This document shows positions 45,023 to 54,221 of a stretch of DNA of 64,000 nt, in pieces. How positions within the stretch are numbered: the stretch's first letter is position 1; each line of letters begins with the position of its first letter. A model generated the notes under the pieces. That model searched no databases. It saw only the letters and a list, made by a program, of their open reading frames with translations, and was not told where the DNA came from. The DNA is from a virus. The translations under genes were made by a program, and so were the position numbers. The stretch lies in the IMG/VR virus record IMGVR_UViG_3300019458_000024, positions 1 through 64,000 of that record, one strand, 5' to 3'.

Positions 45023-45470
45023 TAGAACTATGCGGAGTAGTTCTTGGGAATACGACACCCATCTTAAAATGGAAGATATCATCAGCTCATTTATAGATGA
45101 TAGTGGTCATTTTGTGCTTAGGATGACGCCTGAGACGGCTTTGGCGTTGCACAGAAGCGCATTGTACCATACAGGTCAGCTTTCACTTACTCCAACTACA
45201 GGTTTTGTTGAATTAACTTATCAATGCCCGTCCGGGCCTATGAAAGTTATTCCCTGCGAAAAGGGTTGGAAGCCTTTCATTGGGTTTGACCCTCTGCCGG
45301 ATGGGGTTGGCTTAGTGTATAGGAATATTAAAGGTTTACCTGCATATCTATTTGATTTCAGAGGGCCTTATGGGAAAATATGCAAAGATTTCAGTGCTAT
45401 AAGAGAGGCGCTGGGATTTGCCCCGAAGCACTATATTAAAGTGCGAAAAGACGCTCTTTGGAATTTTTAA
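44973..45470 (+). CDS. Hypothetical protein
   Basis: ORF in operon; start uncertain. Confidence 0.4.
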   Translation: MRRLLNMTRKMTPDRTSRTMRSSSWEYDTHLKMEDIISSFIDDSGHFVLRMTPETALALHRSALYHTGQLSLTPTTGFVELTYQCPSGPMKVIPCEKGWKPFIGFDPLPDGVGLVYRNIKGLPAYLFDFRGPYGKICKDFSAIREALGFAPKHYIKVRKDALWNF

Positions 45471-45491
45471 TACCCCTGGGATGCTTAGATT

Positions 45492-45767
45492 ATGTCTGAA
45501 GAATTAGAGAAAGTATGGCGCAAATGTTTGCAATGTGATTCTGATTTTTACATTAAAGAAGCTGATCAAGAGTTTTTTAAACTTAAAAACTTAGAACTGC
45601 CTAAACGTTGTTGGACTTGCCGTCAAAAAAATAGAAAGGAAGCTATGGAGGCTAGGATGCGACAAGCTGAGGCAGACAGAATCGCTCGCCTGAACGGTAA
45701 GTTGAGAACGGGACGTTCTCCAGTTGACAAGGAAATGTCTCCTGGTAAGATAGTGCGGAAGAGGTGA
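45492..45767 (+). CDS. Zinc-ribbon protein (zf-trcl-like)
   Basis: KCLQCDSDF..DQEFF..PKRCWTCR. Confidence 0.65.
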   Translation: MSEELEKVWRKCLQCDSDFYIKEADQEFFKLKNLELPKRCWTCRQKNRKEAMEARMRQAEADRIARLNGKLRTGRSPVDKEMSPGKIVRKR

Positions 45768-45774
45768 AAAATTT

Positions 45775-46347
45775 ATGAAATTGAAGCCGGTGGTAATTGC
45801 ATTTTTAGGACGGGCTGGATCAGGAAAATCAACTGCCGCCAAGTACGTAGAAGAGACTTACGGTGCTAAGAAAGTTGGGTTTGCTGGTCCTGTAAAAGAG
45901 CTAGCACGACTGGCGTATAATTTCACTGATGAGCAATTATATGGGTCGCAAGCGGTGAAAGAAGCTGTGGATCCTCGTTATGGATTTTCCTCTCGTGAAG
46001 GTATGCAGCGTATTGGTGAGGGCGCCAGGCAGATCATAGGTAGAGACGTATGGGTGACAGCTTGCTTCAAATATATTGAGAGCTGTGGTGAATCAATTTT
46101 TGTTATCGAAGATTGTCGATATGTTAATGAAGCCAAGGCCATTATTGAGGCGAGCGGTTTTCGTGGCATTGTAATTAAGCTTACATGTCCAGATTCTGTC
46201 TCTGTAGCCAATGCAGAACATCCTAGTGAGGCGGAGGTGGATAAGGTCCCTAAGGAGTACATTACCACACATATTGAAAGTCGCGTTTCTCCTGGATCCA
46301 AAGATTTACTGGAAAAAGTTCACGCTGCTCTTACTGAACTTATGTAG
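45775..46347 (+). CDS. Deoxynucleoside monophosphate kinase
   Basis: GRAGSGKST, FAGPVK, REGMQRIG, IEDCRYVNE, HPSE. Confidence 0.85.
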   Translation: MKLKPVVIAFLGRAGSGKSTAAKYVEETYGAKKVGFAGPVKELARLAYNFTDEQLYGSQAVKEAVDPRYGFSSREGMQRIGEGARQIIGRDVWVTACFKYIESCGESIFVIEDCRYVNEAKAIIEASGFRGIVIKLTCPDSVSVANAEHPSEAEVDKVPKEYITTHIESRVSPGSKDLLEKVHAALTELM

Positions 46348-46355
46348 AATGACCT
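46343..46355 (+). promoter_or_regulatory. TGTAGAATGACCT motif, copy 1
   Basis: Exact 13-mer, 7 nt before ATG 46363. Confidence 0.6.
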
Positions 46356-46362
46356 TACAGAT

Positions 46363-46716
46363 ATGACGCAGTATTATTTACTAGACGATAATGACATGCC
46401 AGTCACTTACACTGGTACTTTTGACGAATGGGTTGAAAAGTGGGAAGATATGAAAGGCAGCAGTAAACACCCATTTCAACAGGCAGTGTGTAAAAATGTA
46501 TGGGTATCTACTACATTTGTAGGTTACAGCTCTTTGAAACTGTATGAAACCATGGTGTTTGGTGGGTCTCTTAGCGGAAAATGTGCGTATTCTTCTGATA
46601 AGGAACAAGCTAGGGCAATTCATGATGAATTTGTCTATAAGGTGAAGGAGTCTGAGGGCTTGAACGCACTGGACAATATAAAGAAACAACATCGCAATTC
46701 TAGGTGGGCATTTTAA
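46363..46716 (+). CDS. Phage hypothetical protein
   Basis: VSTTFVG..LYETMVFGG..A...H pattern. Confidence 0.5.
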   Translation: MTQYYLLDDNDMPVTYTGTFDEWVEKWEDMKGSSKHPFQQAVCKNVWVSTTFVGYSSLKLYETMVFGGSLSGKCAYSSDKEQARAIHDEFVYKVKESEGLNALDNIKKQHRNSRWAF

Positions 46717-46717
46717 A

Positions 46718-47482
46718 ATGGCTAATTCTTCTGAAAAATTCAATATGGCTGAAATCGCGGCTGGTAGGTTGACTCCATCCATGATTACTGATCTTGTCAC
46801 CACATATCAACAATTGCACAGTCTATCCCCGGTAGACGGAAAAGCTGGTGCAGCAACCAGGGCGCACTTGTCCTCTGCACTGAAAGTAGTCCCCACACCT
46901 GTTTCAGCGAAATGGTTGCCGTGGGATGGACCAGAGTCCAAACAACCCGTTACGCGCGCAGACATATATGAAATGTTTGGCAATCCAGGGGTGGGCAAAG
47001 CTGACTCTGCTTGGGTCAAAAATAATATTGTAGGTGCTGAAATTCCTGGCCTTCCTAAGAAAATTTGGGTTAACAAGCGCATAGAACCGTATCTACGTGA
47101 GGCCGTTCGCAGAGTCCTTCTGGCACGTCCTGATTTTAAGATTGTTTCTTGTGCTGCTCACGTGTTTCGACATACGCGGCACGATCCAAAACTGCCATTG
47201 TCTTATCATTCATGGGGTATTGCTGTAGATTTTAATCCTGATGAGAACTTCGGAAAGGAGTTTCCGAAAGGTAAAGCGCCTGAGCTATGGAGTTCCGCTT
47301 ACAATTCTGTATGGCCTCCTGGTCCTAGAGTTGTGGATCAGGTTGTAATAGACGCGATGGCCTCTTGCGGCTTCGCGAGCGGTGTTGATTGGAATGAAGA
47401 TGGTTCCTCTTTAGATACTTCTTACTTCGATGTGATGCATTTTGAATGGGTTGCCAGGGATGGCAAGGATAAAATGGTATGA
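46718..47482 (+). CDS. Endolysin, M15-family peptidase with N-terminal PG-binding-like segment
   Basis: YQQLHSL..VDGKAG..T; R..LSYHSWGIAVDFNP; DVMHFE. Confidence 0.8.
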   Translation: MANSSEKFNMAEIAAGRLTPSMITDLVTTYQQLHSLSPVDGKAGAATRAHLSSALKVVPTPVSAKWLPWDGPESKQPVTRADIYEMFGNPGVGKADSAWVKNNIVGAEIPGLPKKIWVNKRIEPYLREAVRRVLLARPDFKIVSCAAHVFRHTRHDPKLPLSYHSWGIAVDFNPDENFGKEFPKGKAPELWSSAYNSVWPPGPRVVDQVVIDAMASCGFASGVDWNEDGSSLDTSYFDVMHFEWVARDGKDKMV

Positions 47483-47829
47483 GTAGTTCTGAAGAGGTTA
47501 CTAAGTACTTAGATGAGCTAACTGAGAAGATGCAGACGCGAGAGGCTAAAGAGGGCGCGCAGAAGCTTTTCGACGCTTCCCCTGAAGAGTTGGGTCAAGC
47601 CGCTGTAGACGCAGCCAAGTCAGAAGAGGTTCCACGTCTTGAATTTATTCCTTCCAAGTATGCCCGTAGAACTTGCGGCAGCTGTCGTGGTTCGGGGGAG
47701 TTGCGCATTCATCAACCGTTCGAAAAGGGGAGTAAGAAGGTTGTACCCACGGCCAATAAAATTGCTGTTATTCCCTGCGGGTGTGCAATTAAACGGTATA
47801 CGAAGGCCATGAAGGATCTTAGTGCCTGA
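47479..47829 (+). CDS. Hypothetical protein with CxxCxGxG/CxC zinc motif
   Basis: TCGSCRGSG..PCGC. Confidence 0.5.
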   Translation: MSSSEEVTKYLDELTEKMQTREAKEGAQKLFDASPEELGQAAVDAAKSEEVPRLEFIPSKYARRTCGSCRGSGELRIHQPFEKGSKKVVPTANKIAVIPCGCAIKRYTKAMKDLSA

Positions 47830-48547
47830 CACTTCCATAATTACCATTGACGAGATTGTAGTCGGTACGGTAGTGCGTGTTCTGCTCCCATCTTCCAGCA
47901 AAGGATTTAGACCGAGGAACACTGGGCTGTTTAGAGTATTAGATGGAGGTGAAAGAACTTCCATTAACCAGGTTGACTGGCGCAGGGTTGTTGGTTTGAA
48001 CCGACGAAAATTCGTAGCCAGAGTCATAGAAAACGATGTTGATAACCGTGAAATAACCTTAGTTCTTGAAGATAGCCACACTACCAACAATAGGAAAATC
48101 CGGTACGAGGTCCAGCTTCCATATAGCTCGTTTTTACGCGTTTCCAGGTTGGTGCCTCAATCGAGAGTGTTCGATTCCAACGAAGAGGAACTTGCCTTTA
48201 GAAGGCAAAACCGGCAATCTGCTGTTAATAAAGGTTATTTTGATGCTAAAGACAGATTTATTGGTGTTGAACTTCTTGCAATTTTAGGAGATACGGAAAT
48301 GGTCATTAATTTTACGTTTCAAGTAGGGGTAAGCGGTAGTAGTTTTACAGTACCACTTCCGGCTAATGCTGTAGATGATGCTGACTATACTGTAGTTTCT
48401 GGGTATAATACTGTAGTGGGTGCTGCGGCACCTATGTTGATGACTGCAGAATCGTCTAGAACAATTAATAACTTTTTGGTAGCGACTGCTGATGGGTCTT
48501 CTGTAATGGCAGGTACTACCATCGATTTTGTAGTAAAGGCAAGGTGA
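47822..48547 (+). CDS. Hypothetical two-domain protein, possibly structural
   Basis: N-terminal paralogy to 17464..17910; C-terminal beta-rich fibre-like domain (DADYTVV..TINNF). Confidence 0.45.
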   Translation: MPDTSIITIDEIVVGTVVRVLLPSSSKGFRPRNTGLFRVLDGGERTSINQVDWRRVVGLNRRKFVARVIENDVDNREITLVLEDSHTTNNRKIRYEVQLPYSSFLRVSRLVPQSRVFDSNEEELAFRRQNRQSAVNKGYFDAKDRFIGVELLAILGDTEMVINFTFQVGVSGSSFTVPLPANAVDDADYTVVSGYNTVVGAAAPMLMTAESSRTINNFLVATADGSSVMAGTTIDFVVKAR

Positions 48548-48552
48548 CGTAA

Positions 48553-48888
48553 ATGTATAAATATTTATTCAGTATTTCACTTCTACTAGGTTGTCAAGTT
48601 GGCGCCGACGATAACATGTCTAGTTTCACACCGGGTCCTGACTACATGGCTCCAACGTTAACTCACATAGAGGGCAGTTGGCGTAGTCAGGATAATGAGT
48701 TTGTGATCGAAACCGGTAAGATTAAATGCTCTGGTGCGGAAGAAACTATTACTGTGTATCAAAAACATGTGGAATTGGACCGCCCGGCCTGTAGTGTAGG
48801 CTACACTGCTCTGTATCAGTTGCCTCCTCCATACGACGCACTTAGAATTCAAGATTCATTTGGTATCAGTTCTTACTATAGAAATTAA
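48553..48888 (+). CDS. Putative lipoprotein
   Basis: MYKYLFSISLLLGC lipobox. Confidence 0.55.
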   Translation: MYKYLFSISLLLGCQVGADDNMSSFTPGPDYMAPTLTHIEGSWRSQDNEFVIETGKIKCSGAEETITVYQKHVELDRPACSVGYTALYQLPPPYDALRIQDSFGISSYYRN

Positions 48889-48912
48889 CTAAAAACTGAA
48901 GGGGTTGGTGCG

Positions 48913-49374
48913 ATGTTGTCTATTGCGGTGATGTCTGTTGTCTGTAATGCTACTATATTTGGCTACGCCGGAGACAAGTGGGCAGGAGGAAATGCTTCCT
49001 ACTTAAAACGTCCTGTAGCGTCTTATGACGTTGGTGTGGCGCACAGAACTTGGAAACTAGGGTCAACGGTATTGGTTAAAAATCCTCGTACTAAGCTCAC
49101 TGCGTTGGCCTTGGTAGTGGATCGTGGACCTTATGGCGCTACAGACGACAGTGGTATGTGGGTTTTGAAGAGGAAGAGAGAAGATCCAGGGCAGTGGAGA
49201 GGATGTGTAGATTTGACGCCCGCGCTTGCTAAATCAATTAAACACAACGGCTACGAAAAGGTGTATATTAGGCGCGTCAAGCTGCAGGAACTTGTTAGCA
49301 CGGTGATTAAGAAAATTGAAGAGCAAAGCGAAGTAAAGGACTTAATTATATTTGCATTAGCTACCAGAAACTAG
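48913..49374 (+). CDS. RlpA-like double-psi beta-barrel protein
   Basis: VAHRTWKLGSTVLVKNP..VVDRGPY..VDLTPALA. Confidence 0.7.
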   Translation: MLSIAVMSVVCNATIFGYAGDKWAGGNASYLKRPVASYDVGVAHRTWKLGSTVLVKNPRTKLTALALVVDRGPYGATDDSGMWVLKRKREDPGQWRGCVDLTPALAKSIKHNGYEKVYIRRVKLQELVSTVIKKIEEQSEVKDLIIFALATRN

Positions 49375-49375
49375 T

Positions 49376-49486
49376 ATGGAAACCTTTTTTACATCAGATA
49401 CTCCGAATGGTTTTATACACGGCACGTTAGAAACTTCTTATTCTAATGTTTGTACTAAAGAGATGGTGACAAATGGGCCGCTATAA
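49376..49486 (+). pseudogene. Orphaned 5' fragment of a metallophosphoesterase gene
   Basis: 36-codon ORF starting METFFTSDT, matching motif I; similarity stops just before the conserved His. Confidence 0.55.
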
Positions 49487-49495
49487 CGTGCAATA

Positions 49496-50482
49496 ATGGC
49501 TGGATTTAGATGGTCCGAGACAGAGGATTCTGTTTTAATTACGCATTGGCGCAATTTTAAAAAGTCTGAATTAATGGAACTTTTGCCTGGTCGCACTTGG
49601 GCTGCTGTCTTACTTCACGCTGCCAAGTTAGGATTAACAAGAGATACAACATCCACGACTGTTAATACTCACAAGGCAAAGAGCTATATAGACGGGACAT
49701 CAAAGATCTCAGCGCTATTGGAAGAAACTCCAGAGGCTTATTACTGGGCGGGATTTATTGCAGCCGATGGTCATATTAGTAAAAGACGCAGATTGCGGAT
49801 TACATTGGCTCAAAAAGACGAAGCACATTTACAATTATTTTGTAAATTTATTAATGCTAATCCACCTAAAAAACGACTTTCAAATACAGGATATGGCCAG
49901 TGCTACATTTCTCTGCAGGACTTAGGCTTCCTTCCTTTTACGGAAAAATTTAACATAACGTCTAGAAAAACCTATGATTTGCGCACACCGAACATTCCTG
50001 ATGACTCCTTATTTTTATCATTTTTAGCCGGGTTTGTTGATGGGGATGGAGGTATACGAACGCTGGATGGTCGAAGCGATGTGAATTTGCATTTAGTGGG
50101 ACATGTTAATTCTCTTTCAGTGTTTATGGAATGGGCCGATCGGTTTAATTCACTTATTCCTTCTTCGCAAACTAATAGTAGGATTACTGCAGGAAGTGTG
50201 CCAAGAATTGATTCCAGCGGTTATGTTCGTTGGTGCATCTCGAATAATGAAACCATTCGTGCTTTTAAACGATCGTTGCTGTCATTAAATTTGCCATTAA
50301 TGGCTAGGAAATGGGATTTAGTTGACATTAATAAAAAATCTAAATACGTTTTATCTGATATACGAAAACAGTGGTATTTTGAACTTACAAAAGCTAATTT
50401 TTCACGAACCGAAATAGCAAAGGTTCTGGGGGTTGGTATGACTTATACGTATAGGTATACTGCTAATAGAGGCGAGATATGA
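49496..50482 (+). mobile_element. Double-motif LAGLIDADG homing endonuclease
   Basis: YWAGFIAADG and FLAGFVDGDG; N-terminal Myb-like WSETED..GRTW; C-terminal HTH (EIAKVLGV). Confidence 0.85.
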
Positions 50483-51087
50483 TATACTTTTCCTCCGACG
50501 GTCACCATGGTCACGCTAATATTATTAAGTTTTGCTCACGCCCATATAAAGATGTGAATGAAATGAATGAACTGCTAATTCACAATTGGAATTCGGTTGT
50601 GAGACCCGATGATGAAGTTTACTACTTAGGGGACTTTAGTCTAACTAGAGGTGTTGTGGAACGAACAGCACCTAGATTACTGGGAAAGAAGTATTTAATT
50701 CCAGGCAATCATGATCACTGTCATCCCGCACACAAAAAAGGCAGGAAGAATCTTCCAGAACAGGTTAAATTTTATGAAAACCACGGATTTACGGTACTGC
50801 CTATCCACTATCATATGGATATTCCTGAAATAGGGCAGGTAAACCTTTGTCATATGCCTTATAAAGGTGATTATACTGATGAAAGATATACAGAATATAG
50901 GATGGAGAATGACGGCAATTGGTTACTGTGTGGGCATGTTCATGAAAAGTGGTTTCATAAAGAACGAATGATCAATGTCGGCGTGGATGTTCATGATTTC
51001 AAGCCAGTAGCACTGGAGTGGTTGGTTGAATACATGAAGAAAAAAGCTAATGAAAAGCTCTGTGTCACTGGACTGTGCAAGAAATAG
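50479..51087 (+). CDS. Calcineurin-like metallophosphoesterase
   Basis: SDGHHGH, NWNSVV..LGDF, GNHD, CHMP, CGHVH, INVGVD. Confidence 0.85.
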   Translation: MIYFSSDGHHGHANIIKFCSRPYKDVNEMNELLIHNWNSVVRPDDEVYYLGDFSLTRGVVERTAPRLLGKKYLIPGNHDHCHPAHKKGRKNLPEQVKFYENHGFTVLPIHYHMDIPEIGQVNLCHMPYKGDYTDERYTEYRMENDGNWLLCGHVHEKWFHKERMINVGVDVHDFKPVALEWLVEYMKKKANEKLCVTGLCKK

Positions 51088-51164
51088 ACGTGGACGGACA
51101 CAAAGAACGCAATCAAACTTGACAATGTAACGAGGCTCTAATAGCCTTACAGGACTGTGTAACT

Positions 51165-51650
51165 ATGACTAGACCCGATTGGCGATCATATTTTATGGAC
51201 ATGGCATACCTAGTTGCCACCAGGGCTACGTGCCCTCGTAAGCAAGTAGGTGCGGTATTGGTTGATCCTGATTTTAGGGTTGTGGCTACTGGTTACAATG
51301 GCAGCCCTGCTGGCACTCCGCACTGTACGGAATTTGGTTGTGAGATTGTAAATATTGATGGAAGAGACAGTTGTGTGCGTACGTTGCATAGTGAATCTAA
51401 TTGTATAGACTACGCAGGTAAAAACGCACGAGGCTGCACTTTATATGTTACGTGCCATCCATGTTTGGAATGTGCTAAAAGAATTGTCAATGCAGGTATT
51501 CACGCAGTTGAGTATGACGAGTATTACGTAAGCCAAAAAACTGATTTAGCTAATGAGTTTCTTTGTAAGGAATTGTGTAACGAGTATTCAGATAGGCACG
51601 GTTACATTTCCTGCGTTCGCGACTATGGGTATGTGAGGAGCACAAAATGA
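51165..51650 (+). CDS. dCMP deaminase
   Basis: RATCPRKQVGAV, TGYNG, LHSE, PCLEC. Confidence 0.88.
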   Translation: MTRPDWRSYFMDMAYLVATRATCPRKQVGAVLVDPDFRVVATGYNGSPAGTPHCTEFGCEIVNIDGRDSCVRTLHSESNCIDYAGKNARGCTLYVTCHPCLECAKRIVNAGIHAVEYDEYYVSQKTDLANEFLCKELCNEYSDRHGYISCVRDYGYVRSTK

Positions 51651-52261
51651 AAACTCTAAGAATACTAGTGGACATGGATGAGATCACCGTCAATTTAATG
51701 AGTGATTGGCTGCGTATATACAACCAAGAGTGGAATGACAATCTAACTCATGACAAGATTCTCGATTGGGATGTTCATCAGTTTGTTAAACCTGAGTGTG
51801 GAAAAAAGATCTATCAAATTCTCAAACGTCCAGGTTTGTTTGACTATTTGCCTCCTATGCCGGGCGCTGTGGACAGCATCACAGAACTAGTCAAGGCTGG
51901 TCACGATGTCAGGTTTGCTACTGCACCTCCATCGTCAGATGCTGCTAGGGGTAAAATTGAGTGGGTTTTACGTAATTTTGGTCACCTTGATTTCAAGATT
52001 GATCATGTTATGCAACTCCACGATAAGGCGTGGATTAACGCTGATGTGCTAGTTGATGATAAGCCTGACACCATTAAGAAATGGCACATGTTGGATCGTG
52101 GTTTTGGTAACGACCCCGTAGTCATGGCCATTGCCCATCCGTGGAACACTAATTGTTCCGATATTGCAGACGTGTATGCAAAATCTTACAAGGAACCAGA
52201 AAAAGCTTGGAAAACTATAGTATCTGCAATTCACAAATTGAGTAAAAAAGGAGAAAAATAA
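51647..52261 (+). CDS. 5'(3')-deoxyribonucleotidase (HAD family)
   Basis: VDMDE, ATAP, K..W, LVDD. Confidence 0.82.
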   Translation: MKTLRILVDMDEITVNLMSDWLRIYNQEWNDNLTHDKILDWDVHQFVKPECGKKIYQILKRPGLFDYLPPMPGAVDSITELVKAGHDVRFATAPPSSDAARGKIEWVLRNFGHLDFKIDHVMQLHDKAWINADVLVDDKPDTIKKWHMLDRGFGNDPVVMAIAHPWNTNCSDIADVYAKSYKEPEKAWKTIVSAIHKLSKKGEK

Positions 52262-52545
52262 TGGGCGGATTACCAAGAAAAGCACCTGTCACCGAATCTA
52301 CAGAAGCGATGCCTCCAATTGAGTGGACTATCAAGCCTGTTGCTCTGCTAACTCTAAAAGCGTCTTACAAAATGCGAAAACAAGGCTTTGTGGAGCGTTT
52401 TGGGATGGTTAGGGGTTTGGTAGCACATCAGGTGTGGTGGATTCTACACAATTGTCTGGTGCATCCATTGGCTGGGCTTCTGCCATTCAAGCCTATGTTC
52501 GCGTTGCACAACTTTACAGTTAAGCTGGCTACCGGCAGAAAGTAA
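52261..52545 (+). CDS. Hypothetical protein
   Basis: HNCLVHPL..LH motif; GGAG SD. Confidence 0.45.
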   Translation: MGGLPRKAPVTESTEAMPPIEWTIKPVALLTLKASYKMRKQGFVERFGMVRGLVAHQVWWILHNCLVHPLAGLLPFKPMFALHNFTVKLATGRK

Positions 52546-52551
52546 ATTTAG

Positions 52552-52585
52552 TGTAGAATGACCTTATATTAAGGGGGTCATTCTA
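52552..52585 (+). promoter_or_regulatory. TGTAGAATGACCT motif, copy 2, forming an inverted repeat over SD and start
   Basis: TAGAATGACC (52554-63) pairs with GGTCATTCTA (52576-85). Confidence 0.6.
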
Positions 52586-52770
52586 TGAAGAAGTCTTACA
52601 AAGTAGCTATCGGCGGTAGGTACAGTATAGTTAATGGAGAAGCGCAAGATACTGTTGAAGAATCTCTTCAGAAAGCAATTGACTACGCTTACAACACGGC
52701 GAATTTACATGAATACGTAGAAATATCTGATGATGCTGGTCTTTCCTTTTGGTTTGTAAAGAAGCAGTAA
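52585..52770 (+). CDS. Hypothetical protein
   Basis: AAGGGGG SD; 61 aa. Confidence 0.5.
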   Translation: MKKSYKVAIGGRYSIVNGEAQDTVEESLQKAIDYAYNTANLHEYVEISDDAGLSFWFVKKQ

Positions 52771-52771
52771 C

Positions 52772-53338
52772 ATGTCTGATATTGCAGTGTATGTAGAGGT
52801 TCTTGAACCGTCCGGTGCGTGGCGTTTCTACGAGTATCGGAGATTTGCAGAAGCCAATGAATCCAAATCCGTGTTTAGGGAATTGGCAGGCACTTCTGTT
52901 GGGTGGTTATACAGGGGTTTTCCGACGGATATGTCCTCAGACACTCGCGAGGAGATCGATTGTGATCCTGGAGTTAAAAATGGCCATTGGCTGTTTTTGC
53001 GTGAGCTGCTGGAAATGAATCTGCATAAGCTGCAGGAGGATGTGTACGGTTGGGCTGATTTGAAGGATTGGCTTGAGTTTAATTCGACCGGTTCTATAAG
53101 GAAGATCAAGAAAGTGGCCAACCCAATTTACTGTAAAGAAATTAGCTCCTTACAAATGTCTATGCATGTGCATGGAATTCTTAATTCCCCCCCAGAGATT
53201 ACCCCTATTACCAACGTAGCTCTGAAAGTCACCTCCGTTGGTTCTTTCGTTAACTACTTCATTCCTGAGCTGTCTGCTCTGTCCGTCAACACTCCAGCAG
53301 GTGGAATGGGTATCAGGATTATCTACTATTTTGTATGA
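52772..53338 (+). CDS. Phage hypothetical protein
   Basis: RGFPTDMS..HWLFLRELL..IRIIYYF pattern. Confidence 0.5.
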   Translation: MSDIAVYVEVLEPSGAWRFYEYRRFAEANESKSVFRELAGTSVGWLYRGFPTDMSSDTREEIDCDPGVKNGHWLFLRELLEMNLHKLQEDVYGWADLKDWLEFNSTGSIRKIKKVANPIYCKEISSLQMSMHVHGILNSPPEITPITNVALKVTSVGSFVNYFIPELSALSVNTPAGGMGIRIIYYFV

Positions 53339-53451
53339 AATCACGTCCCTGTCAAATTTGTGGTTTTAAACCAATGGGCTGCGTTTGCCCGTGCCTTATA
53401 TTCAGTGTAGTAGTGCTGCTTTTAACTGTAATATACAGTTATTGGTGGTAA
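53335..53451 (+). CDS. Small Cys-rich single-TM peptide (38 aa)
   Basis: ATGA overlap; MKSRPCQICGFKPMGCVCPCLIFSVVVLLLTVIYSYWW. Confidence 0.35.
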   Translation: MKSRPCQICGFKPMGCVCPCLIFSVVVLLLTVIYSYWW

Positions 53452-53461
53452 GTTAATAACT

Positions 53462-53662
53462 ATGGACGAGGAAAATTTTGTGGAAATAGACGGTGTTAAG
53501 GTAGTTATTGAAACCGAAAAAGCAATACTCTGCTTAATTCATGACGAAGAGGTCTGGGTCCCAAAAAGCCAAATAATGGAGCATAGTCAAGTACAAGGGG
53601 AGGGAGATGAGGGATTTCTTTCTATTACCAAGTGGTTTAGTGAGGAAACTGGCCTTGAATGA
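53462..53662 (+). CDS. Small acidic phage protein
   Basis: ETEKAIL..EVWVPKSQI..ITKWF. Confidence 0.55.
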   Translation: MDEENFVEIDGVKVVIETEKAILCLIHDEEVWVPKSQIMEHSQVQGEGDEGFLSITKWFSEETGLE

Positions 53663-53692
53663 TTGACCTGTAAACTTCTAAGATGCTAACAT
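53663..53692 (+). promoter_or_regulatory. Sigma70-like promoter
   Basis: TTGACC-N18-TAACAT with TG extension, upstream of 53703. Confidence 0.4.
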
Positions 53693-53702
53693 TATAGGAA
53701 CT

Positions 53703-53966
53703 ATGAAGTTAAAGAAAGAAACTTACATGCCGATCAGGTCTAATGCTCGTTATGCCGTCGGTCTACTGGCTTTGCTTGCTTTTGTGTTATTTTCGTATTC
53801 GTTTATGTTATCACTGGCTGTAGTGTCTGTGCTCGTTACAGATGGGCCAATCGGTGCTATAGTCATGTCCTTGTTCACGGTGGTTCTCTTCTTTTGCATA
53901 GCCTTGTTCCACCCCGGTGAGGGTAGTCTAAGGTCCAGGTTTGTTTTTTCTAAACGTGTAGAATGA
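53703..53966 (+). CDS. Two-TM membrane protein
   Basis: Two hydrophobic helices. Confidence 0.5.
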   Translation: MKLKKETYMPIRSNARYAVGLLALLAFVLFSYSFMLSLAVVSVLVTDGPIGAIVMSLFTVVLFFCIALFHPGEGSLRSRFVFSKRVE

Positions 53967-53969
53967 CCT
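53957..53969 (+). promoter_or_regulatory. TGTAGAATGACCT motif, copy 3
   Basis: Exact 13-mer, 7 nt before ATG 53977. Confidence 0.6.
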
Positions 53970-53976
53970 TGTACGT

Positions 53977-54087
53977 ATGAAACTGATTAAATCTGCTATT
54001 CAAGGTTTTGTGGTTTGCGGCGCTTCCGTCGTTTTTGGCGTTCCAGGTTTGATTGTAGGTGTATTGATCGCATGTGCTATTGAGTAA
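53977..54087 (+). CDS. Small hydrophobic peptide (36 aa)
   Basis: MKLIKSAIQGFVVCGASVVFGVPGLIVGVLIACAIE, directly after the motif. Confidence 0.4.
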   Translation: MKLIKSAIQGFVVCGASVVFGVPGLIVGVLIACAIE

Positions 54088-54221
54088 AGAAGGGTTACTA
54101 GGGGGATGATGACAAAGATAGACTGGTTTCAGTCCTCTAAATCTATTGAGGATTTGAAGGAAGAGGCGGAATGCGAAAACACACTCAAGCTTCTTTTCCA
54201 GATCTTGTCTGTGGTTAATAA

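Noticed and set aside
49403-50502. Group I intron interrupting the phosphoesterase
   Set aside because: Only about 90 nt lie outside the LAGLIDADG ORF, no P7 core was recognised, the ORF overlaps the downstream start, and the downstream gene has its own complete motif I.
53424-53440. Palindrome AACTGTA-ATA-TACAGTT as a LexA box; shares ACTGTAATATAC with 12481
   Set aside because: Spacing is CTGT-N5-ACAG rather than N8, it lies within a plausible small ORF, and a single 12-mer match is expected by chance.
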